DNA of 64,000 nt. Source: Octopus bimaculoides (taxonomy: Eukaryota). The stretch spans positions 80,556,374 through 80,620,373 of the forward strand of contig NC_068985.1 of NCBI RefSeq assembly GCF_001194135.2, given 5' to 3'. This document shows, piece by piece, positions 38,424 to 52,702 of this stretch; positions within the stretch are counted from its first letter, which is position 1, and each line of letters opens with the position of its first letter. Both the position numbers and the translations under genes were made by a program. Under the pieces are notes generated by a model. The model did no database searches and was not told the origin of the DNA. It worked only from the letters and a program-made list of their open reading frames with translations.

Positions 38424-38433
38424 NNNNNNNNNN

Positions 38434-38470
<37 letters not shown>

Positions 38471-39476
38471 ATCTAGTTATAGAAAATTTCATCTTAACGA
38501 ATTTTGTCTGGCCCATGCAAGCATAAGGAAGTAGATATTAAAATGATGATGATGATGAGGATGATAGTTAATACTTTTACTCAACTACAGGGGGTTATGA
38601 CTGGTGCTCAAATGCATTTTCTTTTAATAGTTTCATCAAAGGAAGAAGGATAGCATCTATGGCACTTTTTTTTAGAATTTCCAAAACTAATTAGGGGAAA
38701 GGGAGTGAATCAAGTGGTGGCATCAAACCAAACCTTTGGTTTTTAGCACTTGGTTTAATTTGGTCTGTGGTACAACACAATAACAGTGACAAGATTTGAA
38801 CTTGACTATGCAGTTAGTACAGCTATTGTGCATAATCATTAGCTTCTTTCATAGAATTAAAATACAATTTTTCTGGATTGGGAACTTGTCACTATGAACA
38901 ATGTCTAGCAGGTTGGTAATTGGTAATCTAGTAGTCATGGCCATCATCATCATCATCATCATTGTTTGATGTTGTCCTTCCATGCTGGCATAGGTTGGAC
39001 AGTTTGATAGGAGCTGGCCAGGTAGAAAATGACACCAGGCTACTGTGTTTGTTTTGGCATGGTTTTTATGGTTAGATGCCCTTCCTAACACCAACCACCC
39101 CACAGAGTGGACTGAGTGCTTTTATGTGGTGCCAACACAGGCGAGGTCAGTTTTAGGTTTTACAGCTGGATGCCCTTCCAAATGCCAACCAGTTCACACT
39201 GTGGACTGGATGCTTTTTATGTGACACCAGCACTGGCAGGAAATTTGCTTCACAATTATGTTTTTTGGATTCAATTCAAATTGCACAGTATCTTGAGCAT
39301 GTGCCTTCTACCTTTGCTTTGAGTAGACCAAAGTGTTATGAATGAAATTTGGTATATGGAAACTACATGAAAGTTCCTCAGAAGGACTGTTTCTCTTCTT
39401 GAGTAGTAGACTTAATCCACCTCTCAATTTAATACCATTACCTGTTCCATGTGGGCCTTAAGCAGAGTTCACTCAC

Positions 39477-39577
39477 TTGCAAGCATTTGAGGTAGATATC
39501 TGGTTTAAAGATAATTTCCTCTATTCCTCTGACCAATGTTGAAGACATTGAGAAGAGGCACCGTCTTTCTCCTTTGA
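39477..39577 (-). CDS. Candidate internal exon of an unidentified gene (xKGERRCLFSMSSTLVRGIEEIIFKPDIYLKCLQ)
   Basis: TTTGTTTTTTATTCATTTAG acceptor, CAA|GTGAGT donor, 101 nt, one open frame only, in non-repeat sequence. I do not recognise a homolog. Confidence 0.4.
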
Positions 39578-40816
39578 CTAAATGAATAAAAAACAAATAT
39601 GTAAATTCTTTCTAGTTTTCTACCTTTTTTGTAATTATTCTTCATTTTAAAATGAATTGTATAATGAAGAATAGTTAATTATCTTCTGACCTTTACACAA
39701 AACCATAAATTTGTAGGGAAGAGACAAAATCGTTTGAATTATTTCCAGTACATATCTGGTACTTTAATTGGTCTGAGGAAGATGCAAGTTAGGATTGAAA
39801 CTTGAGATCTAAAGGGACAAAAGTAAATGCTGCAAGGTGATTTATTTGGCTCTTAACTGTTTCTACCTGTACACCATTCTGAAATATTGGTTTCAAATTT
39901 TGGTACAAGGCCAGCAGGTTTGGGGAGGGGCAAAGTTAATTAAATCAACCCCAGTGTTCAACTGATACTTATTTTATTGACCCTGAAAGGATGAAAGGCA
40001 AAGTTGATCATGGTGGAATATCCTAAAATATTAATTATTAATTATATGAACTACACTGTATGATATTAAAAAAAAATCTCTAATTCTAATCAGTTTTCTA
40101 ATGACATTAGGAATTATAATATGAATGGCACATAACTGTTTTATGACAATATATAAAATACATAAATAAATTACCAGGATTGATTTAAGCCATCTTGGGT
40201 GGTCCTTGCATTTGTTAAAAGGCTTCTCTCACTGGGGTCTCCTTAGGTCAAAGGATAGGCAGATGCAGGAGTTGCCAACAAAGTCAGTTGTGCTTGACTC
40301 AAAAGCCTCAATAGGGCCCTACTCCATTTGTAACTTGATGGATGACTGTTGACTCTATGTTAAATTCATCTGCCTTTTATTGATAGGTATTGCATTTTTC
40401 TCGTCACATTGTCTATCCATCCTCTGCATACTTGTGTAAAACTCTAGAGTGGCAGTGCCAGATTGCCACAAGGAAGTACAATATAAGTACAACATTTCAG
40501 TTAAGTATTGATTGAATTAAATAACTAAAACTGAAAATGTTTGAGACATAAAATCACGAAAGTAAATTAGAATTTATAAAGGCTGTGAGGTTAAGATATC
40601 GAGTTCTATGTGAAGCACCAAATCTGCTTGCTTCATTGTGTATCATAACATTCCACAAATTTCACTCTTTGCAGTTGAGTGGTTTATGATAGGAGAGTCA
40701 TCTGGCTGTAAATATACCTATTTCAACAAGAGAACAATCAAAATGAATAAAATGATTGTAGAAAACAAGAAACAGAAAACAACTATCACATAAAATTTGA
40801 AGTTTAAGCACAGTAA

Positions 40817-40912
40817 CATGTATGTATGTATGTATGTATGTATGTAGGTATGTACGTATGTATGTACGTACGTATGTATGTACGTACGTATGTATGTACG
40901 TATATACGTACA
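40817..40912. repeat. (TATG)n/(TACG)n compound microsatellite
   Basis: Direct reading. Confidence 0.95.
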
Positions 40913-41935
40913 TCTGTCCATCTGTGTGCCCTTTTTTATATTTTAAATTTAATAGGTTAATTTAATTTATGAACGAAGGCCACTGATTATAATGTAATTT
41001 ATTATTCAAGTGATTAGAGTCATAATATAAGAATTACTGACGTCTTATGTCAAACATTATCTGATAGCAATTGTTGCCAATGGCTCATCGGATAATCCAA
41101 GGATAACAACATTTAAGAATATTAGACATTTGAGATTTGAGACATGCAATGTTAATTAAATGAATATTGATAACAAGAACAACACCAATCAAAAAGAAAA
41201 AAGTACTAAAAAACTCTAAGAAAAAAACTAAAAAGATTTTGTTGTTGATTTTGTTATTATTATTATGCTAACAAATATATAAATTGTATATAAATTGTGC
41301 AAAGTTAATTAGATAAATTAATTTGACATTCATTTGGATTCATTTGTCATTATCATGGTTATTGTTAAAATAGTTTACCTTAATTTTTCCCAAAAAGTAT
41401 TGTTCTCTTTCTTGTAGTAAATTTTACATAGTCTGAAATAATACATTTAGACAGTAAGTAGAGGTAGTTGTTGAATTTAAATGTTACAACGTTTATTTAA
41501 TCTGGTGACTTTTGATACATGATTTCAAACAGTTTCTATTCAAATTCTCTTTAGTCATTTTCTCCTTTTTTTCTGCTTTTGTTTTTCTCTTTTTTTCTTG
41601 TTCTTTCTGTTTTCTCTTTACCTCTACAAAATAAATTACCTTCATCTCAAAGCAATGTTTGAGTGCAATGACTGTAAGGTTACTGTCTGAAGATTTGAGT
41701 TCAAAGGCTACTGTCTGATGGTTTGAGTTCAAATTTTTAGGCCTCTTTTGTTCTGTGCATGTGGTTAAAGCACTTAACTTTACTTGGAGTTAAGGAGAAA
41801 TCAGGTTTAATGTAGGAGCCTCTATGTAGTCTTCTGGCCTACTAGAAATAGCAACCCAGTTTCCCTCAAGTCACACACCTTACAGTCTTTACATAAAAAG
41901 GAAGGACACATGCGATAATAATGTTTGAATTGAAG

Positions 41936-43129
41936 TACATGGGTTCTCTCAAAAGTGATGCAAAAGTAGGCTTAACAGTTTTATTATGTGACATAGGTCA
42001 TTCAAATTACACACATTAGCAGAGCAACATTTATCTATAAAAAGGTACTACTCAATGTAGATGCCATCTCAAGCAGTAAATTTGTGTTGTTGTTGAACTC
42101 AACTCTCAAATCCTCTTTGAAAAAAGTTCAGTTGTGCAATGTTATACCTATTTCTTCTCAGCTACTTTCACCTCATCTCTCTCATCAAATCATTGTTCCT
42201 GAAGACTATCTCTCATTGCACTGACTAGGTGGAAGTTGGGGGGGGGCATCAAACCTGGGCTGTGTGTGAGAATTACTGACCTATTTGCTGATTGCCTGAT
42301 TTGTTGCCAATGATGTAGTTTCCAGATTCTTGTTTGGTCTCTTCTTCCTAATGGTTTCTCAATATACTGCTTGCTGTTTACAACATGGCCACTTTCCAGA
42401 AGATCAGGGTGAAGATGCCCTTGTCTTCTTCAAAAACAGTTGCCATAACTTTTTGTGCTGGTCACTGGCTTTTGAACTTCCTAGGCTTTGGGGAAGAGTT
42501 TTTATGACATTATATGGACTGAACTTTTGTTTCTGTGTTATAAAGAAAGATTTGCATTTCATCTCCTGTAATTACAGCTTCAGTCACTTCTAGCTGGTGA
42601 GACTATTCTTCTACCCTTCTCTCTTTCAAACCAGGTGTCAACTGCTGAGGTATCCACTTTGCACACAATCTCTGATTCTAAGAGTTTTCATTTATCCTCT
42701 GCAATGCATTGTGACCACAATCCAGAGCAAGCTCATTGATTGTGACTTGTTTGTCCATGTGAATCAATTCATTCACTCTCTGGTAATTTGTGTCAGTGGT
42801 CACAGTTGATAGTTTCCCATTGTGTGGTTTGACTTCAATGCTGGCTTCTACTCCTTTAAACTCTGTCCATCTATGCACATTGTTCTTGTCAATGATGTCA
42901 TCTCTGTAAACAGCTTGTAACCATCTGTGAATGTCAGGCAGTCTTCATCCTCTCCTTCATCAAGAACTCAATGTCATTGCATAACTTCTGCTTAAAGCCT
43001 ATTATTTTCCTGCAGTAAAGAACAGGAAGAAGAGTTACTCTGGAGGAAGAGTTACTCTACCAGCATGTGCACTTTGAATGATCTATGATCTGCTCCTGTT
43101 TGTGCATAACATTTTGGACAACCCTCATA
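41936..43129 (-). mobile_element. Decayed near-full-length mariner element (about 1.2 kb)
   Basis: TIR TATGAGGGTTGTCCAAAATGTTATGC at the right end and a degenerate TACATGGGTTCTCTCAAAAGTGATGC at the left. Remnants ASIEVKPHNGKLSTVTTDTNYQRVNELI (HTH) and CAKWIPQQLT (WVPRxL). Confidence 0.75.
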
Positions 43130-43294
43130 TATCCGTAAAGAGGAACATCTTTGATTATAGGTCTGCTGGATCAAGGCTGACCTAGGGATAGAGAGCAACA
43201 ACAGGATTCACTCCAACAATATGGTCAAGTGATTAGTGATAAGACTGTGTATTGTACTGTTAAAATATTCCTCTTGCTGTTGGAAAACATCTGA

Positions 43295-43516
43295 ATTTGA
43301 ACATGTGCATGCACATGCACACACATGCATGCACGCATGCACACACATGCATGCACACACATGCATGCACACATGCATGCAAGCATGCACACACACACAT
43401 GCAAGCATGCACACACACACATGCAAGCATGCACACACACACATGCAAGCATGCACACACACACATGCNNNNNNNNNNNNNNNNNNNNNNNNNNNNNNNN
43501 NNNNNNNNNNNNNNNN

Positions 43517-43581
<65 letters not shown>
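43295..43581. repeat. (GCATGCACACACACAT)n minisatellite grading into (CA)n, with a gap
   Basis: Direct reading; explains six spurious ORFs. Confidence 0.95.
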
Positions 43582-43584
<3 letters not shown>

Positions 43585-45185
43585 GAAACCCCAGTCACAC
43601 CCATGTTAGTGTGGAAAAAAAGATTAAAAGAAAAAAAGAATTATCTTCTGAAATTATCTCTTTTGTCCTCAATATGTTCAACTAGAGATTAGTGACCCAT
43701 GTTAACTTTCTGTAATCAATATTAACTGTTTCATATATTGGTATTAAATGTTTGACCATAGCTTAATCTAAAAAGATCTGGGAACCCTCACCTTCCATAA
43801 TCTCTTTTAATACTTGACATCCATTTTCCATGCTTGCATGGGTGAGATGTTGTTTTAGTGTTATTGTTGTTATTGAGGCAATTATTTTTACAGCTGGATG
43901 CCATTTCTATTGCTTAATCATTCAGCCATGAAATAGCAACAAAAACCAAGTTTTTTTTTTTTTGTTCAGTCAGGCAAACTGGAGAATGCCAAGTCATCAT
44001 TGTTGTTTTGTTCCAGGTCAACACTGATCAAGCAGAGCCATGATCAAAGATGTTTCAGTCATGGCCATTCCATCCTTTTAACATGCATAGTATATCTTGG
44101 TATCTTGGAGCACATTAGCCTATGTTCCTTCTTTCTTTTTAGATGGTTGGTGGGGTTTGAGGGGGATTTGGTTACTATTTCTAGCAGGCCATGAGGCTTC
44201 ATAATGGCTCCTCTAGACTCAAGTATATGTTGGGTTAAGTTCCAAGATAGAAAATTAAACTTTTGTAAGATTTGAGCTGAAAATTTATGTTCAGTTGTTG
44301 TTGATTAGTTCTTGGTAAGTCTTTTTAGCCAGTAGACATACGATCAAAAGTACTCCAACTATGGCCAGCTAGCCTTTTTTTCTGACATTATTGAATGAGT
44401 TCTTCTTTTTATAAGCTGGTTTTAAGGGAGATTTGACTAATATTTCTTGTACATAGAGTCTTACCCATTATCTTGTGGTTAGCAATTCTGATTGGTGAGT
44501 GAGATTGGTGTAGCTGAATCCTTACATAACATTCTTAGGTTAAATTCTCTAAGAAAAACACAGATTGGAGGGAACTGAAGTCTGGTTTGAATATTTGCAG
44601 CAGAGTTAACTCTACTAAGAGGACCTAAGGACTTGGTGGTTCTGTTAAACCAAGCATTGTGCTAAACTTTACTACTTAGTAAATTCTGCTTAATTGCATT
44701 GCCTCAGTGATTGGAATTTTTAAGTAATTAACTAGTGTATATAGTTAACTGAACTCCTGTAGAAAATATCTACCTGGCGCCTTCAGGCTCTTGAGCCTAA
44801 AGCTAATTTGGATTTCTGAGGTATTTAAATGACTGAGAGTTCAAGACCCCCTACTGAATGGGATATGAGTTAATTGCAAGGCTAACCCCTAACTGCTGCT
44901 GGTAACAGTTTTCAGTTGAGTGGACTGAAGCAACATGAAATGATATACCTTGTTCAAGGACACGATGCACTAATTGCTTCTAGAATTGAACCTATAGCCT
45001 AACAATCATGAGCTGAACACTTTAATCACTAAGCCATGTGTCTTCACTGAATTGGGCGATAAATTAAGAGATTTTAGTATATTATCAGTAGTAAGCTATT
45101 GTGGCTATATCAACCATGTTTGGATTATCTAATAAAAAATGGAAGAAAATGTATGTTATATGTCATAACAATGACTTTCATGTGT

Positions 45186-45477
45186 AGAGGCGCAATGGCC
45201 CAATGGTTAGGGCAGCGGAATCACAGTCATAGGATCGTGGTTTTGATTCCCAGACCGGGCGTTGTGAGTGTTTATTGAGCGAAGACACCTAAAAGCTCCA
45301 CGAGGCTCTGGCAGGGGATGGTGGCAAACCCTGCTGTACTCTTTCACCACAACTTTCTCTCACTCTTACTTCCTGTTTCTGTTGTGCCTGTAATTGAAAG
45401 GGCTAGCCTTGTTACACTGTGTCACGCTGAATATCCCTGAGAACGACATTAAGGGTACACATGTCTGTGGAGTGCTC
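45186..45477 (+). mobile_element. Young tRNA-derived SINE (family D/OR-like), runs into a gap
   Basis: GGCGCAATGGCCCAATGGTTAGGG A-box and GGTTTTGATTCCC B-box-like head, followed by a long SINE body. Confidence 0.85.
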
Positions 45478-45954
45478 NNNNNNNNNNNNNNNNNNNNNNN
45501 NNNNNNNNNNNNNNNNNNNNNNNNNNNNNNNNNNNNNNNNNNNNNNNNNNNNNNNNNNNNNNNNNNNNNNNNNNNNNNNNNNNNNNNNNNNNNNNNNNNN
45601 NNNNNNNNNNNNNNNNNNNNNNNNNNNNNNNNNNNNNNNNNNNNNNNNNNNNNNNNNNNNNNNNNNNNNNNNNNNNNNNNNNNNNNNNNNNNNNNNNNNN
45701 NNNNNNNNNNNNNNNNNNNNNNNNNNNNNNNNNNNNNNNNNNNNNNNNNNNNNNNNNNNNNNNNNNNNNNNNNNNNNNNNNNNNNNNNNNNNNNNNNNNN
45801 NNNNNNNNNNNNNNNNNNNNNNNNNNNNNNNNNNNNNNNNNNNNNNNNNNNNNNNNNNNNNNNNNNNNNNNNNNNNNNNNNNNNNNNNNNNNNNNNNNNN
45901 NNNNNNNNNNNNNNNNNNNNNNNNNNNNNNNNNNNNNNNAAAATTTTCCTTTTC

Positions 45955-45956
45955 AT

Positions 45957-46014
<58 letters not shown>
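45955..46014. repeat. (CTA)n microsatellite
   Basis: About 19 perfect units after the gap. Confidence 0.95.
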
Positions 46015-46017
<3 letters not shown>

Positions 46018-48018
46018 TGCTTGCAGTAGCTGATTGAGATTCTAAGACTGTAGTTATTATGGTTAGCATTATCAACATCACCATAGTAATCATCATCAGT
46101 AACATCATGACCTCATCCCCACCAGAACCAGCACCAGCACCACCAGCACCACCACCACTGTTGTTGTCATCATGATCATCGTTGTTGTTGTTGTTATTAT
46201 TATTGCCATCTGACTGCATTACCAACTGAGCTAACTTGATTCAGTTCTTATATCACAATATTGATTTGTTGGAAAATTTGATACATACACACGTGTAACA
46301 TAGTTGATATGAGTTTTATTATTACTATTTTTTTTTTGATAAGATGTTTTAAAAAATATATATATATATATAAATAATTAAATATATATATATGTATATG
46401 TATATTTATTCTTTTAAACATGTTGTTGATATTATTCTTGGCGTTGTACCTTTTTTTGTTTTTGTTCACCCCACCTTCTTGTAAGTTACTTCTCAGATGC
46501 AGCTTATGTTTTATATCAACCAATCATGAGGGATAATTACAATTACAAAAACAAAAATAAAATTAAAAAATAAAATGTAAAATAACACAGAAATTGCTTT
46601 CTAGATTTCTTCCCTCCCTCCACATTCCACCTACCTTTTNNNNNNNNNNNNNNNNNNNNNNNNNNNNNNNNNNNNNNNNNNNNNNNNNNNNNNNNNNNNN
46701 NNNNNNNNNNNNNNNNNNNNNNNNNNNNNNNNNNNNNNNNNNNNNNNNNNNNNNNNNNNNNNNNNNNNNNNNNNNNNNNNNNNNNNNNNNNNNNNNNNNN
46801 NNNNNNNNNNNNNNNNNNNNNNNNNNNNNNNNNNNNNNNNNNNNNNNNNNNNNNNNNNNNNNNNNNNNNNNNNNNNNNNNNNNNNNNNNNNNNNNNNNNN
46901 NNNNNNNNNNNNNNNNNNNNNNNNNNNNNNNNNNNNNNNNNNNNNNNNNNNNNNNNNNNNNNNNNNNNNNNNNNNNNNNNNNNNNNNNNNNNNNNNNNNN
47001 NNNNNNNNNNNNNNNNNNNNNNNNNNNNNNNNNNNNNNNNNNNNNNNNNNNNNNNNNNNNNNNNNNNNNNNNNNNNNNNNNNNNNNNNNNNNNNNNNNNN
47101 NNNNNNNNNNNNNNNNNNNNNNNNNNNNNNNNNNNNNNNNNNNNNNNNNNNNNNNNNNNNNNNNNNNNNNNNNNNNNNNNNNNNNNNNNNNNNNNNNNNN
47201 NNNNNNNNNNNNNNNNNNNNNNNNNNNNNNNNNNNNNNNNNNNNNNNNNNNNNNNNNNNNNNNNNNNNNNNNNNNNNNNNNNNNNNNNNNNNNNNNNNNN
47301 NNNNNNNNNNNNNNNNNNNNNNNNNNNNNNNNNNNNNNNNNNNNNNNNNNNNNNNNNNNNNNNNNNNNNNNNNNNNNNNNNNNNNNNNNNNNNNNNNNNN
47401 NNNNNNNNNNNNNNNNNNNNNNNNNNNNNNNNNNNNNNNNNNNNNNNNNNNNNNNNNNNNNNNNNNNNNNNNNNNNNNNNNNNNNNNNNNNNNNNNNNNN
47501 NNNNNNNNNNNNNNNNNNNNNNNNNNNNNNNNNNNNNNNNNNNNNNNNNNNNNNNNNNNNNNNNNNNNNNNNNNNNNNNNNNNNNNNNNNNNNNNNTTCA
47601 TTTCCATTGTGAAGCTTGTTTTTGGAATATATATCTTAACAAAAGTTCTTACATAAAGTAGTGATCATTTTGATTTAAAAATGATTATTTCTAAAATGAC
47701 AAGTTTTGTGTTGAAGAACTTGGGATGGTTCCAGGTGGATACAGGGGTTCATAATGAAAGGATTAAAGATTCTGAGTGGTTGGCGTTAGGAAGGGCATCC
47801 AGCTGTAGAAACTCTGCCAAATTAGACTGGAGCCTGGTGTTGCCATCCGGTTTCACCAGTCCTCAGTCAAATCGTCCAACCCATGCTAGCATGGAAAGCG
47901 GACGTTAAACGATGATGATGATGATGATGATGTTTCTTGTTATGGTATGCATTTTGTGTAGCCTTAACTGGCACTTACCTAGTAATAGATGTTCTCTGTG
48001 CATCATGAGTTTAATACG

Positions 48019-48067
<49 letters not shown>

Positions 48068-48223
48068 TATCAGCCATATTCAGAAGCAGACTGCAGATCC
48101 AATGGCAGTGTTGTAGACTGAGATTATTAGCAAAGTTTGGTCAGAACCTAGTCATTCTCTGAGTACCTGGTCCTGTAATATGCCAAGACAGGTCACTAGA
48201 AAATATATATCACCCTAAAGAAC

Positions 48224-48278
<55 letters not shown>

Positions 48279-48489
48279 TATCATCATCATTTAATGTCCA
48301 TGTTCCATACTAGCATAGGTTGGACAGCCTGAAGGGTCTGATGGATCTGAAGACTGTATCATGCTCAAACATCTGCTTTGGCCATGGTATTTATGGCCCT
48401 TTCTAATGCCAACCACTTTACAGTATCATGTACTGGGTGTTTTTTTGTGACACTAACACCTTTTTCTTATACTAAGTGCCATTACAGCA

Positions 48490-48929
48490 GAGAAGCGCAC
48501 AATTTTTAGACTTCAAGATGGAACACATGGAAGTAGGAGACCCAAGAAGACAGGGATAAAGTACTGAAGAATGACCTCAGGAAGCTGAACCTTTCAGGTC
48601 ATACCCTGCAGCAGAAGTGTTAAGACCAATTCTGCAGGTGGTGTAAAGCAGTTGTGGAAGTGCCATATAAAAACACCTGTGTAAAAGCACCATGTAAAAG
48701 TGCCCATGTGGTTCCATGTAAAAGTGCCTGTGTGGTGCCACTTAGAAGTGCCTGTGTAGTGTCATGTAAAAGCACCCAGCACACTCTGCAAAGTGGTTGG
48801 CATTAGGAAGGGCATCCAGCTGTAGAAACTGTGTCAAATCAAACTGGAGTCTGGTGCAGCTCCCAGGCTTGCTAGCTCTGGTCAAACTGTTCAGCCCATG
48901 CCAGCATGAACAAGCATTAAACAATGACC

Positions 48930-48968
<39 letters not shown>
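48490..48968 (+). mobile_element. RTE 3' end plus family C tail with GTGCCATGTAAAA minisatellite and (GAT)n
   Basis: GGAAGTAGGAGACCCAAGAAGACA (GRPRKT) remnant followed by tandem units and GGAAGGGCATCCAGCT. Confidence 0.7.
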
Positions 48969-48969
<1 letters not shown>

Positions 48970-49965
48970 GGGATTAAAGTGTAAGAGAAAAGGCAGAATA
49001 GAACAGATTTCCAGCTGCAGAAGAACTACACAACCACTCACATTATTGAAGAAAGGGTGGGCATGGCCTGGGTGGAGCTAGAAAGAGATAACAAATAGTA
49101 GTGGTGAAGATATGGAGTAGAACTGAGTGGGACCAGGAAGTGTGTTAGTGCATGTGTATATTTGTGTCCATATGCATGCATTATGAATGACTTTGTTTCT
49201 AAATGTTGTATATATGTTTTGTTTGTGTGTGTCTATGTGTATATATGAAATTTTGTACATTCTTTTCATTTTCTTTATCATCAGAAAGGGCAACATTTTC
49301 GTTTTTGTAATATGTTGGTATAATAATGAGCAAAGTTCTTCTATTTTGAAGCTTCTAGGAGTGAGATTCCCTTAAAAGTTTGTCAGGTAGATGGTCTTAT
49401 GTTTAAGGGTCGACACATTTTATTGTGATGATGCATTGTTTAACCTTAAAGTGAGGAACATGCCTACAAACAAAATTTGAATTTCGATATAATACACACA
49501 CTCATCATTATCGTTGTCATTGTTTAACATCTGCCTTCTATGCTGGCATGAGCTGGATGGTTTGACAGAAGCCAGCCAGGTAGGAGACTACACCAGGCTG
49601 CTGTGTCTGTTTTGACATGGCTTTTATGGCTGGATGCCCTTCTTAACACCAACCATCCCATTATGGCCATTCAGAGAGTAATTATTGGCTTCACACCTAT
49701 AAGGCGCTTAGCTGTATAAGTGACTTATCAGACTCAAATGGTCTGAGGCACATAACCTCTCTACAACTGGAGGGAGGAAAACATCATGGTCAGTTAGGTT
49801 TGTAAACAAAGAATACATCTGGAATGACCCTGCAGGTAGGGTTTCAGGTAGGATGGAATTTTCTCCCTTACATCGGCTCCAGTCATGACAATTTACAAAG
49901 TTGATGGCATAGTTCTATTCAGTAAATGGGGAATTCCAAGCTGGCAACAGGAAACGTCTCATATA

Positions 49966-50011
<46 letters not shown>

Positions 50012-52663
50012 TGCGTGTGTGTGTGCATGTGTATATGTGTTACTTTTAAAAACAGAAAGCTGACAGTGGTTTAGAGGTTTTGGCTTGCTCACACCTAAGT
50101 TTCTGTCAACTGTTTCCTCTAAAACTCAATAAATATGTACTCTCCTAGAAAGTATTCAGTAATCCTTTTGTTTGATGTTAAATTAATTTTACATATAATT
50201 TATTCAAATATTCAATGTTTTGCACTTAAATGTTCTTTCTGTAGCTTTCTGTTTCACAGTGAATTTAAAGTAAAGCCTATAGTCATCCAGGCATATTGAG
50301 AACTGCTTCTAAGTATCCACTTAAATATTTCTAACCATAACCATTGTGAGTTATGTGTCATGATGATGGGGAACAAACTTTGACCTGTTAAATTCCCTAC
50401 TGCCCAAAAAGAAAAAGAAACAAAAAATTATTCTTAAAATATTTCAAAATATCTTATCTTCATAACTTATTGCAACTGAATTTATCATTAAACTTCTTCG
50501 CTGCCATAACTAAATATATAACACATTATTATAACACTTTTTATCTTTCCTGTATCTTGAGAGATTTCTTGTTTGTTTGTTTTGTCTGTGTTCAATATAA
50601 ACATAGACTGTGTATCTTCCACCTGCTAGCGGCATGAACCATCATCATGTAACTGGTTTCTCTTCGTGCATTAAATGGTATGAATAGCATAATTGATTTA
50701 CCACTTCTGACTGTCATTACACACTCTCGCACACACATTTAACACACACACATTTAACACACACTGATAAACAGAGAAGATGGAACAAACAAAATCTAAT
50801 TTCAATATAGATGTCACTATTAAACTTCATATTCTTGCAATGATCATTTGAAGACTTCATTCTTATTGCTCTAATTCTAATAAATTTTGTTTTAATTTTC
50901 CTTTCAAAAATATTTCCCTATTGTTTTTAAAATTTTTTCTTTCTTTTTTTGTTTTTGTTTTTTGGTTTGCACTGTTTTTCTTTTTGTAAATATTTGTAAT
51001 TGTATGTAAATTGTTTCTATACACCTTTTCAATTATATGTTAAAAATTTCAATGAAGCAAATTATTTGCCTATTTAGAAGTTTTGAAAACTGAATATACA
51101 CTCTTTTACACAAATGACTTATTGCTTTATTCTTTGATAATTATAGCAAGATAGGCAATATAACAAACAAAGATGCAATAATCATTTTGTAATTTAAATA
51201 TGTTTATTCTGTTTCTAAAGTGATTTTGCTGTGTAAAATATTTCATTACACAATTGCTTATATTTTTCATTCATTTTATTGCATTTTTTTCCAATTTAGA
51301 TGTTGCTGTTGTTGTTATCTTTGGTATTTTTGTGTCTATTGTTCTGTTACTTTGTTATTACTGAACTGAACGTTATTTCCACTTATGTATCTGCAATGAA
51401 GCTCCTTATCAACTGTAGCAAAGTAATTACGTTTGCTCTTTGAGCTGTGCCTGAAGGTAAATTTGAAAAAAACTTATCCATTGTAGTACTAAGTATTATG
51501 AAGGAAACACAACTGTCAGCTATGGAGAAAGAGAAAAAGAAATTGATAATTACTTTCGGAAAAACATTTGGAATATAAAATGATTTGACAAGAAGACTTA
51601 TCAATCTAATTAGGAGCTATGGAATGTGTTTTCATAAAATTGCTTTGAGAAGAGCATCCACCTTATTTTTGAGGCTATTTTATTCAAATTAGGATCTATG
51701 TATTTGTACATATATTGTATGCAACATAACAAGGAAAGCAACTGGAAATGTTAGATATTTTCTGCTCTTGTAACAATTTAACATGGAGTCAATAAAGCAA
51801 CATCTATGTGGTTACTTAATCTGCAAGAAATAGTATCTAAACCTCCTTTAAATGACACCCAGCTGTCTTTTATAAAAGGAAAATTTTAGATGATATGGCT
51901 CTAGATGTACCTGAATAAAACACAGAATGATCTTTATAGGTCTGCTTAACAAATACTCACCTAGGCCCAAGCAACAACAAAACCATCCTTACATGTTTTC
52001 ATTTTTGTTTTCTTTTACTCTTGGTCCTGATTGGTCTTTTTGAATTGTAGTGACTTCATTCTACAACATATTATGCTGTCATACATCTTTGGCGTACCCA
52101 ACGTTTTCAGGTCTCTTCCGAATGGTTCATCTCTGACCTTCTTTGAATTGGTCTCTTTATCTCTATAACTTAATTTTTCATTGAGAATATACTGTTTATT
52201 TTGAACTGCATGCCCATACGGGTACTGTTGTTACCTTTGCATTCATTATGCAATACCACTTGCTTCCCCACTCATTTGCATGTGGTTTTCTTTGTAACGT
52301 TAACATAACACATATAACAACCCATACTTTTCTTTCTTTCTTCTCCAATTGCAGCAGATCACCTGTATTCGTTGCCTAAATTTCACTGTTATTACAACAC
52401 CTTTCTTATGCACCTTGTTACCAATTAAGGTAGCACTTTTCTTTGCTTTCTCCAACTCCTCAAACCCTAGCATCAATGTTATTACTAGCTTCACAGTCAC
52501 TTAAGTAGCAATTTACTATTACTTCCCAAGCTATAGTAGTATATGCAAAAACAATGACCGGTCAATCAAGTAAACAAATAGAATGAAAACTGTATATACT
52601 GAATGTATGGAAAACTAGTAGTGGAGTCCTTTAAATAATGCAGTTACACATAAGCACATGTGT

Positions 52664-52702
<39 letters not shown>

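Noticed and set aside
43208-43685. Cys/Val- and His/Thr-rich ORFs in all frames (also 55304, 63601-63993, 40698-40921)
   Set aside because: Translations of (CA)n, (TA)n and (TATG)n microsatellites.
44882-44893. CTAACCCCTAAC as a telomerase RNA template
   Set aside because: Has four C's rather than the CTAACCCTAAC expected for TTAGGG, and no supporting structure.
45186-45265. Apparent tRNA gene (also 53409-53480)
   Set aside because: No complete cloverleaf or terminator; it continues into a repeat body, so it is a SINE head.
51300-51364. Apparent tail-anchor exon DVAVVVIFGIFVSIVLLLCYY-stop after a strong acceptor
   Set aside because: The GT-rich low-complexity sequence gives hydrophobic peptides in all three frames, and no upstream partner exon was found.
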